NCBI RefSeq assembly: GCF_018350175.1
Contig: NC_058369.1
Coordinates: 25,856,001-25,920,000, forward strand
Direction: 5' to 3'
DNA from: Felis catus
Taxonomy: Eukaryota
DNA length: 64,000 bases
Made by a program: the position numbers and the translations under genes. This document shows, one piece after another, positions 63,173 through 64,000 of the stretch. The first letter of the stretch is position 1. Each line of letters opens with the position of its first letter. The notes below the pieces were generated by a model. It had not been told where the DNA came from. It searched no databases and saw nothing but the letters and a program-made list of their open reading frames with translations.

Positions 63173-64000
63173 GTGAGTACAGAGTATTTTTCACATTGAT
63201 TTTAATGAAGTCAGGGGCTAACATTGAAAAATGAGAAGAAAAATGAAGATCTCAATGTGTTTGTTATGGTAGAAGGTGCACAGAGGGCCATCTTCAGACA
63301 GCAGCGATACTTCTCATACTGTTCGGCTTCTCTTTTAGAGAAAAATATTTTTGTGGCATTTGCCTTCAAAGATGGATTTCATATTGCCCACAAAAAAGAG
63401 GAAATTTAAAACTTTTAAATAAAAAATTGTTGTTGAGCAGGGAATGAAATAGAATGTCAAGCACCTAAACGTTCTGTGTGGACACTTAAGAGATCGTAAT
63501 AACATTAGCCTGTTTTATTTACATTCTAGTTCTATCACAGATTTGGAATTGGATTTCTTAAGTAAATTTCTTAAATGATTAAATGAAGCCATGAAAACAG
63601 TGATTTAGTTTGGGTACTCAGATCTGAAGATGACCCTTAAGGTAGCAGGAGCTTTCTAGGGAAGGAATAGGAATAGATTGTCCTACATTCTGACATCAAC
63701 CACCTACCCTTGGGAAGCCTATCGTTAATAATACTTTAAAGATAGATAGGTTAGCTTTTGAGGTGATTTAGACCTCTGCTGAATTCTGAGCGAGAGTATC
63801 ATGAATCTCCTCATACTTGAAAATCATGTGGCTGCTTAAATCATGAGGTTGTGATACTCTCTTGGTCCTCTTGGTGACAATTAAAGGTCACTATGTGTAA
63901 TAAAGATTTACTGATGATATCTACACTTTTTCCTACCAGACACACAACTTTGTTGTTTTTCCTCTCCCTGTTTGGTCTCTTTTTGAAATGAGTGACTTTC

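Noticed and set aside
1..64000. Novel multi-gene, CRISPR-like or prokaryotic system
   Set aside because: This is mammalian intron/exon DNA. Recurring repeats are dispersed SINEs and TSDs, not spacer arrays, and no long unexplained ORF exists.

Overview
Mammalian genomic DNA, almost certainly from a cat-family species, judged by the many felid-type Can-SINE (SINEC_Fc-like) copies. The whole window lies inside SLMAP on the + strand. Positions 1-26081 are the distal part of a large intron. Twelve GT-AG coding exons follow (148, 73, 37, 63, 96, 72, 141, 138, 169, 51, 51 and 63 nt; 1102 nt in one continuous frame), covering the second half of the FHA domain and the N-terminal coiled coils. The start and stop codons lie outside the window. 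The introns hold a decayed PDHA-family processed pseudogene (- strand), a GDI2 processed pseudogene (+ strand, with poly(A) remnant and TSDs, inserted in an old L1), a TSD-flanked 5'-half tRNA-Lys(CTT) retrocopy, about 37 Can-SINEs, and L1, L2, MLT and DNA-transposon relics. I found no new multi-gene system. The best leads are two candidate frame-preserving microexons (15 nt at 58246-58260, 12 nt at 56195-56206), a U12-type 5' splice-site motif and a CTCF-like motif in the alternative-exon cluster, a target site used by two retroelements, and a SINE with ~45 nt of extra 3' sequence inside its TSDs. All family assignments come from recall of consensus sequences, not from a database search.
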